Shown here piece after piece: positions 52,701-64,000 of a DNA stretch of 64,000 nt. How positions within the stretch are numbered: the first letter of the stretch is position 1; each line of letters begins with the position of its first letter. The translations under genes and the position numbers were made by a program. Source of the stretch: Eledone cirrhosa (Eukaryota); the NCBI GenBank assembly GCA_964016885.1, contig OZ024745.1, forward strand, positions 10,602,001 to 10,666,000, read 5' to 3'. The notes under the pieces are model-generated. The model was not told the origin of the DNA and ran no database searches. It saw only the letters and a list, made by a program, of their open reading frames with translations.

Positions 52701-55700
52701 ACTGACACAGTTTGAAAGGAAGTTAATAGTTGAGTATCTGTTGTAGAGAGTGACACAGTTTGAAAGGAGGTTAATAGTTGAGTATCTGTTGTAGAGAGTG
52801 ACACAGTTTGAAAGGAAGTTAATAGTTGAGTATCTATTGTAGAGACTGACACAGTTTGAAAGGAAGTTAATAGTTGAGTATCTGTTGTAGAGAGTGACAC
52901 AGTTTGAAAGGAATTTAATAGTTGAGTATCTGTTGTAGAGAGGGACACAGTTTGAAAGGAGGTTAATAGTTGAGTATCTGTTGTAGAGAGTGACACAGTT
53001 TGAAAGGAAGTTAATAGTTGAGTATCTATTGTAGAGACTGACACAGTTTGAAAGGAAGTTAATAGTTGAGTATCTGTTGTAGAGAGTGACACAGTTTGAA
53101 AGGAATTTAATAGTTGAGTATCTGTTGTAGAGAGGGACACAGTTTGAAAGGAGGTTAATAGTTGAGTATCTGTTGTAGAGAGTGACACAGTTTGAAAGGA
53201 AGTTAATAGTTGAGTATCTGTTGTAGAGAGTGACACAGTTTGAAAGGAAGTTAATAGTTGAGTATCTGTTGTAGAGAGGGACACAGTTTGAAAGGAGGAT
53301 AATAGTTGAGTATCTATTGTAGAGAGTGACACAGTTTGAAAGGAAGTTAATAGTTGAGTATCTGTTGTAGAGACTGACACAGTTTGAAAGGAGGATAATA
53401 GTTGAGTATCTGTTGTAGAGAGTGAGACAGTTTGAAAGGAAGGTAATAGTTGAGTATCTATTGTAGAGAGTGACACAGTTTGAAACGAAGGTATTAGTTG
53501 AGTATCTGTTGTAGAGACTGACACAGTTTGAAAGGAGGATAATAGTTGAGTATCTATTGTAGAGAGTGACACAGTTTGAAAGGAAGTTAATAGTTGAGTA
53601 TCTGTTGTAGAGAGTGATACAGTTTGAAAGGAAGTTAATAGTTGAGTATCTGTTGTAGAGACTGACACAGTTTGAAAGGAGGATAATAGTTGAGTATCTA
53701 TTGTAGAGAGTGACAAAGTTTGAAAGGAGGATAATAGTTGAGTATCTATTGTAGAGAGTGACAAAGTTTGAAAGGAGGATAATAGTTGAGTATCTAGTGT
53801 AGAGAGTGACACAGTTTGAAAGGAAGTTAATAGTTGAGTATCTGTTGTAGAGAGTGATACAGTTTGAAAGGAAGTTAATAGTTGAGTATCTGTTGTAGAG
53901 ACTGACACAGTTTGAAAGGAGGATAATAGTTGAGTATCTATTGTAGAGAGTGACACAGTTTGAAAGGAAGTTAATAGTTGAGTATCTGTTGTAGAGAGTG
54001 ATACAGTTTGAAAGGAAGTTAATAGTTGAGTATCTGTTGTAGAGACTGACACAGTTTGAAAGGAGGATAATAGTTGAGTATCTATTGTAGAGAGTGATAG
54101 AGTTTGAAAGGAGGATAATAGTTGAGTGTCTAGTGTAGAGAGTGATACAATTTGAAAGGAAGTTAATAGTTGAGTATCTGTTGTAGAGAGTGACACAGTT
54201 TGAAAGGAGGATAATAGTTGAGTATCTATTGTAGAGAGTGACAGAGTTTGAAAGGAGGATAATTGTTGAGTATCTATTGTAGAGAGTGACACAGATTGAA
54301 AGGAAGTTAATAGTTGAGTATCTGTTGTAGAGAGTGATACAGTTTGAAAGGAGGATAATAGTTGAGTATCTGTTGTAGAGAGTGACAGAGTTTGAAAGGA
54401 GGATAATTGTTGAGTATCTATTGTAGAGAGTGACACAGATTGAAAGGAAGTTAATAGTTGAGTATCTGTTGTAGAGAGTGATACAGTTTGAAAGGAGGAT
54501 AATAGTTGAGTATCTATTGTAGAGAGTGACAGAGTTTGAAAGGAGGATAATTGTTGAGTATCTATTGTAGAGAGTGACACAGTTTGAAAGGAAGTTAATA
54601 GTTGAGTATCTGTTGTAGAGACTGACACAGTTTGAAAGGAGGATAATAGTTGAGTATCTATTGTAGAGAGTGACAGAGTTTGAAAGGAGGATAATTGTTG
54701 AGTATCTATTGTAGAGAGTGACACAGATTGAAAGGAAGTTAATAGTTGAGTATCTGTTGTAGAGAGTGATACAGTTTGAAAGGAGGATAATAGTTGAGTA
54801 TCTAGTGTAGAGAGTGATACAATTTGAAAGGAAGTTAATAGTTGAGTATCTGTTGTAGAGACTGACACAGTTTGAAAGGAAGTTAATAGTTGAGTATCTA
54901 TCGTAGAGAGTGATACAGTTTGAAAGGAAGTTAATAGTTCAGTATCTATTGTAGAGAGTGATACAGTTTGAAAGGAGGATAATAGTTGAGTATCTGTTGT
55001 AGAGACTGACACAGTTTGAAAGGAGGATAATAGTTGAGTATCTACAGTAGAGAGTGACACAGTTTGAAAGGAGGATAATAGTTGAGTATCTATTGTAGAG
55101 AGTGATACAATTTGAAAGGAAGTTAATAGTTGAGTATCTGTTGTAGAGAGTGACACAGTTTTAAAGGAAGTTAATAGTTGAGTATCTGTTGTAGAGAGTG
55201 ACACAGTTTGAAAGGAAGTTAATAGTTGAGTATCTGTTGTAGAGACTGACACAGTTTGAAAGGAAGTTAATAGTTGAGTATCTGTTGTAGAGACTGACAG
55301 TTTGAAAGGAAGTTAATAGTTGAGTATCTGTTGTAGAGAGTGACACAGTTTGAAAGGAAGTTAATAGTTGAGTATCTGTTGTAGAGAGTGACACAGTTTG
55401 AAAGGAAGTTAATAGTTGAGTATCTGTTGTAGAGACTGACAGTTTGAAAGGAAGTTAATAGTTGAGTATCTGTTGTAGAGAGTGACACAGTTTGAAAGGA
55501 AATTAATAATTGAGTATCTATTGTAGAGAGTGATACAGTTTGAAAGGAAGGTAATAGTTGAGTATCTGTTGTAGAGAGTGATACAGTTTGAAAGGAAGTT
55601 AATAGTTGAGTATCTATTGTAGAGAGTGAGACAGTTTGAAAGGAAGTTAATAGTTGAGTATCTATTGTAGAGACTGACACAGTTTGAAAGGAAGTTAATA

Positions 55701-58700
55701 GTTGAGTATCTATTGTAGAGACTGACACAGTTTGAAAGGAAGTTAATAGTTGAGTATCTATTGTAGAGACTGACACAGTTTGAAAGGAAGTTAATAGTTG
55801 AGTATCTGTTGTAGAGAGTGACACAGTTTGAAAGGAAGTTAATAGTTGAGTATCTGTTGTAGAGAGTGACACAGTTTGAAAGGGGGTTAATAGTTGAGTA
55901 TCTGTTGTAGAGAGGGACACAGTTTGAAAGGAGGTTAATAGTTGAGTATCTGTTGTAGAGACTGACACAGTTTGAAAGGAAGTTAATAGTTGAGTATCTG
56001 TTGTAGAGAGTGATACAGTTTGAAAGGAAGTTAATAGTTGAGTATCTATTGTAGAGACTGACACAGTTTGAAAGGAAGTTAATAGTTGAGTATCTATTGT
56101 AGAGACTGACACAGTTTGAAAGGAAGTTAATAGTTGAGTATCTATTGTAGAGAGTGACACAGTTTGAAAGGAAGTTAATAGTTGAGTATCTGTTGTAGAG
56201 AGTGACACAGTTTGAAAGGAAGTTAATAGTTGAGTATCTGTTGTAGAGAGGGACACAGTTTGAAAGGAGGTTAATAGTTGAGTATCTGTTGTAGAGACTG
56301 ACACAGTTTGAAAGGAAGTTAATAGTTGAGTATCTATTGTAGAGACTGACACAGTTTGAAAGGAAGTTAATAGTTGAGTATCTGTTGTAGAGAGTGACAC
56401 AGTTTGAAAGGAAGTTAATAGTTGAGTATCTGTTGTAGAGAGGGACACAGTTTGAAAGGAGGTTAATAGTTGAGTATCTGTTGTAGAGAGTGACACAGTT
56501 TGAAAGGAAGTTAATAGTTGAGTATCTATTGTAGAGACTGACACAGTTTGAAAGGAAGTTAATAGTTGAGTATCTGTTGTAGAGAGTGACACAGTTTGAA
56601 AGGAGGTTAATAGTTGAGTATCTGTTGTAGAGAGTGACACAGTTTGAAAGGAAGTTAATAGTTGAGTATCTATTGTAGAGACTGACACAGTTTGAAAGGA
56701 AGTTAATAGTTGAGTATCTGTTGTAGAGAGTGACACAGTTTGAAAGGAATTTAATAGTTGAGTATCTGTTGTAGAGAGGGACACAGTTTGAAAGGAGGTT
56801 AATAGTTGAGTATCTGTTGTAGAGAGTGACACAGTTTGAAAGGAAGTTAATAGTTGAGTATCTATTGTAGAGACTGACACAGTTTGAAAGGAAGTTAATA
56901 GTTGAGTATCTGTTGTAGAGAGTGACACAGTTTGAAAGGAATTTAATAGTTGAGTATCTGTTGTAGAGAGGGACACAGTTTGAAAGGAGGTTAATAGTTG
57001 AGTATCTGTTGTAGAGAGTGACACAGTTTGAAAGGAAGTTAATAGTTGAGTATCTGTTGTAGAGAGTGACACAGTTTGAAAGGAAGTTAATAGTTGAGTA
57101 TCTGTTGTAGAGAGGGACACAGTTTGAAAGGAGGATAATAGTTGAGTATCTATTGTAGAGAGTGACACAGTTTGAAAGGAAGTTAATAGTTGAGTATCTG
57201 TTGTAGAGACTGACACAGTTTGAAAGGAGGATAATAGTTGAGTATCTGTTGTAGAGAGTGAGACAGTTTGAAAGGAAGGTAATAGTTGAGTATCTATTGT
57301 AGAGAGTGACACAGTTTGAAACGAAGGTATTAGTTGAGTATCTGTTGTAGAGACTGACACAGTTTGAAAGGAGGATAATAGTTGAGTATCTATTGTAGAG
57401 AGTGACACAGTTTGAAAGGAAGTTAATAGTTGAGTATCTGTTGTAGAGAGTGATACAGTTTGAAAGGAAGTTAATAGTTGAGTATCTGTTGTAGAGACTG
57501 ACACAGTTTGAAAGGAGGATAATAGTTGAGTATCTATTGTAGAGAGTGACAAAGTTTGAAAGGAGGATAATAGTTGAGTATCTATTGTAGAGAGTGACAA
57601 AGTTTGAAAGGAGGATAATAGTTGAGTATCTAGTGTAGAGAGTGACACAGTTTGAAAGGAAGTTAATAGTTGAGTATCTGTTGTAGAGAGTGATACAGTT
57701 TGAAAGGAAGTTAATAGTTGAGTATCTGTTGTAGAGACTGACACAGTTTGAAAGGAGGATAATAGTTGAGTATCTATTGTAGAGAGTGACACAGTTTGAA
57801 AGGAAGTTAATAGTTGAGTATCTGTTGTAGAGAGTGATACAGTTTGAAAGGAAGTTAATAGTTGAGTATCTGTTGTAGAGACTGACACAGTTTGAAAGGA
57901 GGATAATAGTTGAGTATCTATTGTAGAGAGTGATACAGTTTGAAAGGAGGATAATAGTTGAGTGTCTAGTGTAGAGAGTGATACAATTTGAAAGGAAGTT
58001 AATAGTTGAGTATCTGTTGTAGAGAGTGACACAGTTTGAAAGGAGGATAATAGTTGAGTATCTATTGTAGAGAGTGACAGAGTTTGAAAGGAGGATAATT
58101 GTTGAGTATCTATTGTAGAGAGTGACACAGATTGAAAGGAAGTTAATAGTTGAGTATCTGTTGTAGAGAGTGATACAGTTTGAAAGGAGGATAATAGTTG
58201 AGTATCTGTTGTAGAGAGTGACAGAGTTTGAAAGGAGGATAATTGTTGAGTATCTATTGTAGAGAGTGACACAGATTGAAAGGAAGTTAATAGTTGAGTA
58301 TCTGTTGTAGAGAGTGATACAGTTTGAAAGGAGGATAATAGTTGAGTATCTATTGTAGAGAGTGACAGAGTTTGAAAGGAGGATAATTGTTGAGTATCTA
58401 TTGTAGAGAGTGACACAGTTTGAAAGGAAGTTAATAGTTGAGTATCTGTTGTAGAGACTGACACAGTTTGAAAGGAGGATAATAGTTGAGTATCTATTGT
58501 AGAGAGTGACAGAGTTTGAAAGGAGGATAATTGTTGAGTATCTATTGTAGAGAGTGACACAGATTGAAAGGAAGTTAATAGTTGAGTATCTGTTGTAGAG
58601 AGTGATACAGTTTGAAAGGAGGATAATAGTTGAGTATCTAGTGTAGAGAGTGATACAATTTGAAAGGAAGTTAATAGTTGAGTATCTGTTGTAGAGACTG

Positions 58701-61700
58701 ACACAGTTTGAAAGGAAGTTAATAGTTGAGTATCTATCGTAGAGAGTGATACAGTTTGAAAGGAAGTTAATAGTTCAGTATCTATTGTAGAGAGTGATAC
58801 AGTTTGAAAGGAGGATAATAGTTGAGTATCTGTTGTAGAGACTGACACAGTTTGAAAGGAGGATAATAGTTGAGTATCTACAGTAGAGAGTGACACAGTT
58901 TGAAAGGAGGATAATAGTTGAGTATCTATTGTAGAGAGTGATACAATTTGAAAGGAAGTTAATAGTTGAGTATCTGTTGTAGAGAGTGACACAGTTTTAA
59001 AGGAAGTTAATAGTTGAGTATCTGTTGTAGAGAGTGACACAGTTTGAAAGGAAGTTAATAGTTGAGTATCTGTTGTAGAGACTGACACAGTTTGAAAGGA
59101 AGTTAATAGTTGAGTATCTGTTGTAGAGACTGACACAGTTTGAAAGGAGGATAATAGTTGAGTATCTATTGTAGAGAGTGACAGAGTTTGAAAGGAGGAT
59201 AATAGTTGAGTATCTATTGTAGAGAGTGACACAGATTGAAAGGAAGTTAAGAGTTGAGTATCTGTTGTAGAGAGTGACACAATTTGAAATGAAGTTAATA
59301 GTTGAGTATCTGCTGTAGAGAGTGACACAGTTTGAAAGGAAGTTAATAGTTGAGTATCTATCGTAGAGAGTGATACAGTTTGAAAGGAAGTTAATAGTTG
59401 AGTATCTATTGTAGAGAGTGATACATTTTGAAAGTAGGATAATAGTTGAGTATCTATTGTAGAGAGTGACACAGTTTGAAAGGAAGTTAATAGTTGAGTA
59501 TCTGTTGTAGAGAGTGACACAGTTTTAAAGGAAGTTAATAGTTGAGTATCTGTTGTAGAGAGTGATACAGTTTGAAAGGAAGGTAATAGTTGAGTATATG
59601 TTGTAGAGAGTGATACAGTTTGAAAGGAAGGTAATAGTTGAGTATCTGTTGTAGAGAGTGACACAGTTTGAAAGGAAGGTAATAGTTGAGTATCTATTGT
59701 AGAGAGTGACACAGTTTGAAAGGAAGTTAATAGTTGAGTATCTGTTGTAGAGAGTGACACAGTTTGAAAGGAAGGTAATAGTTGAGTATCTATTGTAGAG
59801 AGTGACACAGTTTGAAAGGGAGGTAATAGTTGAGTATCTGTTGTAGAGAGTGATACAGTTTGAAAGGAAGGTAATAGTTGAGTATTTGTTGTAGAGAGTG
59901 ACACAGTTTGAAAGGAAGTTAATTGTTGAGTATCTATTGTAGAGAGTGACACAGTTTGAAAGAAGGGTAATAGTTGAGTATCTGTTGTAGAGAGTGACAC
60001 AGTTTGAAAGGAAGGTAATAGTTGAGTATCTATTGTAGAGAGTGACACAGATTGAAAGGAAGTTAATAGTTGAGTATCTGTTGTAGAGAGTGACACAGTT
60101 GGAAAGGAAGGTAATAGTTGAGTATCTATTGTAGAGAGTGACACAGTTTGAAAGGGAGGTAATAGTTGAGTATCTGTTGTAGAGAGTGATACAGTTTGAA
60201 ACGAAGGTAATAGTTGAGTATTTGTTGTAGAGAGTGATACAGTTTGAAAGGAAGTTAATTGTTGAGTATCTATTGTAGAGAGTGACACAGTTTGAAAGAA
60301 GGGTAATAGTTGAGTATCTGTTGTAGAGAGTGACACAGTTTGAAAGGAAGGTAATAGTTGAGTATCTATTGTAGAGAGTGACACAGATTGAAAGGAAGTT
60401 AATAGTTGAGTATCTGTTGTAGAGAGTGACACAATTTGCAAGGAAGTTAATAGTTGAGTATCTGTTGTAGAGAGTGACACAGTTTGAAAGGAAGTTAATA
60501 GTTGAGTATCTATTGTAGAGAGTGATACAGTTTGAAAGGAGGATAATAGTTGAGTATCTATAGTAGAGAGTGACAGAGTTTGAAAGGAGGATAATAGTTG
60601 AGTATCTATTGTAGAGAGTGATACAATTTGAAAGGAGGATAATAGTTGAGTATCTGTTGTAGAGACTGACACAGTTTGAAAGGAGGATAATAGTTGAGTA
60701 TCTATAGTAGAGAGTGACAGAGTTTGAAAGGAGGATAATAGTTGAGTATCTATTGTAGAGAGTGATACAATTTGAAAGGAAGTTAATAGTTGAGTATCTG
60801 TTGTAGAGAGTGACACAGTTTTAAAGGAAGTTAATAGTTGAGTATCTGTTGTAGAGAGTGACACAGTTTGAAAGGAAGTTAATAGTTGAGTATCTGTTGT
60901 AGAGACTGACACAGTTTGAAAGGAAGTTAATAGTTGAGTATCTGTTGTAGAGACTGACACAGTTTGAAAGGAGGATAATAGTTGAGTATCTATTGTAGAG
61001 AGTGACACAGATTGAAAGGAATTTAATAGTTGAGTATCTGTTGTAGAGAGTGACACAATTTGAAAGGAAGTTAATAGTTGAGTATCTGTTGTAGAGAGTG
61101 ACACAGTTTGAAAGGAAGTTAATAGTTGATTATCTATCGTAGAGAGTGATACAGTTTGAAAGGAAGTTAATAGTTGAGTATCTATTGTAGAGAGTGATAC
61201 ATTTTGAAAGTAGGATAAAAGGTTGAGTATCTATTGTAGAGAGTGACACAGTTTGAAAGGAAGTTAATAGTTGAGTATCTGTTGTAGAGAGTGACACAGT
61301 TTTAAAGGAAGTTAATAGTTGAGTATCTGTTGTAGAGAGTGATACAGTTTGAAAGGAAGGTAATAGTTGAGTATCTGTTGTAGAGAGTGATACAGTTTGA
61401 AACGAAGGTAATAGTTGAGTATCTGTTGTAGAGAGTGACACAGTTTGAAAGGAAGGTAATAGTTGAGTATCTATTGTAGAGAGTGACACAGTTTGAAAGG
61501 AAGGTAGTAGTTGAGTATCTATTGTAGAGAGTGACACAGTTTGAAAGGAAGTTAATAGTTGAGTATCTGTTGTAGAGAGTGACACAGTTTGAAAGGAAGG
61601 TAATAGTTGAGTATCTATTGTAGAGAGTGACACAGTTTGAAAGGGAGGTAATAGTTGAGTATCTGTTGTAGAGAGTGATACAGTTTGAAAGGAAGGTAAT

Positions 61701-64000
61701 AGTTGAGTATTTGTTGTAGAGATTGATACAGTTTGAAAGGAGGATAATAGTTGAGTATCTATTGTAGAGAGTGATACAGTTTGAAAGGAGGATAATAGTT
61801 GAGTGTCTAGTGTAGAGAGTGATACAATTTGAAAGGAAGTTAATAGTTGAGTATCTGTTGTAGAGAGTGACACAGTTTGAAAGGAGGATAATAGTTGAGT
61901 ATCTATTGTAGAGAGTGACAGAGTTTGAAAGGAGGATAATTGTTGAGTATCTATTGTAGAGAGTGACACAGATTGAAAGGAAGTTAATAGTTGAGTATCT
62001 GTTGTAGAGAGTGATACAGTTTGAAAGGAGGATAATAGTTGAGTATCTGTTGTAGAGAGTGACAGAGTTTGAAAGGAGGATAATTGTTGAGTATCTATTG
62101 TAGAGAGTGACACAGATTGAAAGGAAGTTAATAGTTGAGTATCTGTTGTAGAGAGTGATACAGTTTGAAAGGAGGATAATAGTTGAGTATCTATTGTAGA
62201 GAGTGACAGAGTTTGAAAGGAGGATAATTGTTGAGTATCTATTGTAGAGAGTGACACAGTTTGAAAGGAAGTTAATAGTTGAGTATCTGTTGTAGAGACT
62301 GACACAGTTTGAAAGGAGGATAATAGTTGAGTATCTATTGTAGAGAGTGACAGAGTTTGAAAGGAGGATAATTGTTGAGTATCTATTGTAGAGAGTGACA
62401 CAGATTGAAAGGAAGTTAATAGTTGAGTATCTGTTGTAGAGAGTGATACAGTTTGAAAGGAGGATAATAGTTGAGTATCTAGTGTAGAGAGTGATACAAT
62501 TTGAAAGGAAGTTAATAGTTGAGTATCTGTTGTAGAGACTGACACAGTTTGAAAGGAAGTTAATAGTTGAGTATCTATCGTAGAGAGTGATACAGTTTGA
62601 AAGGAAGTTAATAGTTCAGTATCTATTGTAGAGAGTGATACAGTTTGAAAGGAGGATAATAGTTGAGTATCTGTTGTAGAGACTGACACAGTTTGAAAGG
62701 AGGATAATAGTTGAGTATCTATAGTAGAGAGTGACAGAGTTTGAAAGGAGGATAATAGTTGAGTATCTATTGTAGAGAGTGATACAATTTGAAAGGGAGG
62801 TAATAGTTGAGTATCTGTTGTAGAGAGTGATACAGTTTGAAAGGAGGATAATAGTTGAGTATCTATTGTAGAGAGTGACAGAGTTTGAAAGGAGGATAAT
62901 AGTTGAGTATCTATTGTAGAGAGTGATACAATTTGAAAGGAAGTTAATAGTTGAGTATCTATTGTAGAGAGTGACACAGATTGAAAGGAAGTTAATAGTT
63001 GAGTATCTATTGTAGAGAGTGACACAGTTTGAAAGGAAGTTAATAGTTGAGTATCTGTTGTAGAGACTGACACAGTTTGAAAGGAGGATAATAGTTGAGT
63101 ATCTATTGTAGAGAGTGACAGAGTTTGAAAGGAGGATAATAGTTGAGTATCTACAGTAGAGAGTGACACAGTTTGAAAGGAGGATAATAGTTGAGTATCT
63201 ATTGTAGAGAGTGATACAATTTGAAAGGAAGTTAATAGTTGAGTATCTATTGTAGAGAGTGACACAGATTGAAAGGAAGTTAATAGTTGAGTATCTGTTG
63301 TAGAGAGTGACACAGTTGGAAAGGAAGGTAATAGTTGAGTATCTATTGTAGAGAGTGACACAGTTTGAAAGGGAGGTAATAGTTGAGTATCTGTTGTAGA
63401 GAGTGATACAGTTTGAAACGAAGGTAATAGTTGAGTATTTGTTGTAGAGAGTGATACAGTTTGAAAGGAAGTTAATTGTTGAGTATCTATTGTAGAGAGT
63501 GACACAGTTTGAAAGAAGGGTAATAGTTGAGTATCTGTTGTAGAGAGTGACACAGTTTGAAAGGAGGATAATAGTTGAGTATCTATTGTAGAGAGTGACA
63601 CAGATTGAAAGGAAGTTAATAGTTGAGTATCTGTTGTAGAGAGTGACACAATTTGCAAGGAAGTTAATAGTTGAGTATCTGTTGTAGAGAGTGACACAGT
63701 TTGAAAGGAAGTTAATAGTTGAGTATCTATTGTAGAGAGTGATACAGTTTGAAAGGAGGATAATAGTTGAGTATCTATTGTAGAGAGTGACAGAGTTTGA
63801 AAGGAGGATAATTGTTGAGTATCTATTGTAGAGAGTGACACAGTTTGAAAGGAAGTTAATAGTTGAGTATCTGTTGTAGAGACTGACACAGTTTGAAAGG
63901 AGGATAATAGTTGAGTATCTATTGTAGAGAGTGACAGAGTTTGAAAGGAGGATAATTGTTGAGTATCTATTGTAGAGAGTGACACAGTTTGAAAGGAAGT
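46793..64000. repeat. 48-bp satellite (>350 monomers) with higher-order repeat structure
   Basis: Unit GTAGAGAGTGACACAGTTTGAAAGGAAGTTAATAGTTGAGTATCTGTT; diagnostic variants recur at multi-kb periods; the array continues past the right edge. Confidence 0.98.

Noticed and set aside
46787-63985. 2821-, 1945- and 951-aa Ser/Thr-rich mucin-like ORFs
   Set aside because: They arise from a stop-free 48-bp unit. Frameshifting indels (~47090, 55298, 55440, 61219) are tolerated and even duplicated, variants are often non-synonymous, and there is no signal peptide or unique domain.

Overview
Repeat-dominated eukaryotic genomic DNA, probably a coleoid cephalopod (Octopus-like). The taxon is inferred from the tRNA-derived SINEs, RTE LINEs and AT-rich microsatellite load, not from a search. 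About half the window is tandem repeat: a 32-bp array (1-10668, with a 200-N gap), 45-, 34-, 35-, 47- and 23-bp minisatellites, and a 48-bp satellite with higher-order structure (46793-end). Two host coding sequences are supported. One is the last exon of serine hydroxymethyltransferase (14995-15161, +). The other is an intronless 164-aa His/Cys/Gly + heptad + (Cys-Gly-Pro)n protein (31197-31691, -) resembling sperm-tail structural proteins, with a perfect CRE palindrome upstream. The mobile DNA is rich: RTE LINE fragments, SINEs sharing the RTE 3' tail, and Penelope-like terminal fragments with minimal hammerhead ribozymes and fold-back palindromes in (TA)n. At 40066-45784 there is an 8-copy head-to-tail pile of a ~606-bp non-autonomous bipartite RTE-like element that appears to insert into its own (ATGT)n tail. 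It has a twister-like structured 5' end, and an R4/Dong endonuclease fragment is nested in the pile. The very long ORFs in the track are satellite artefacts.
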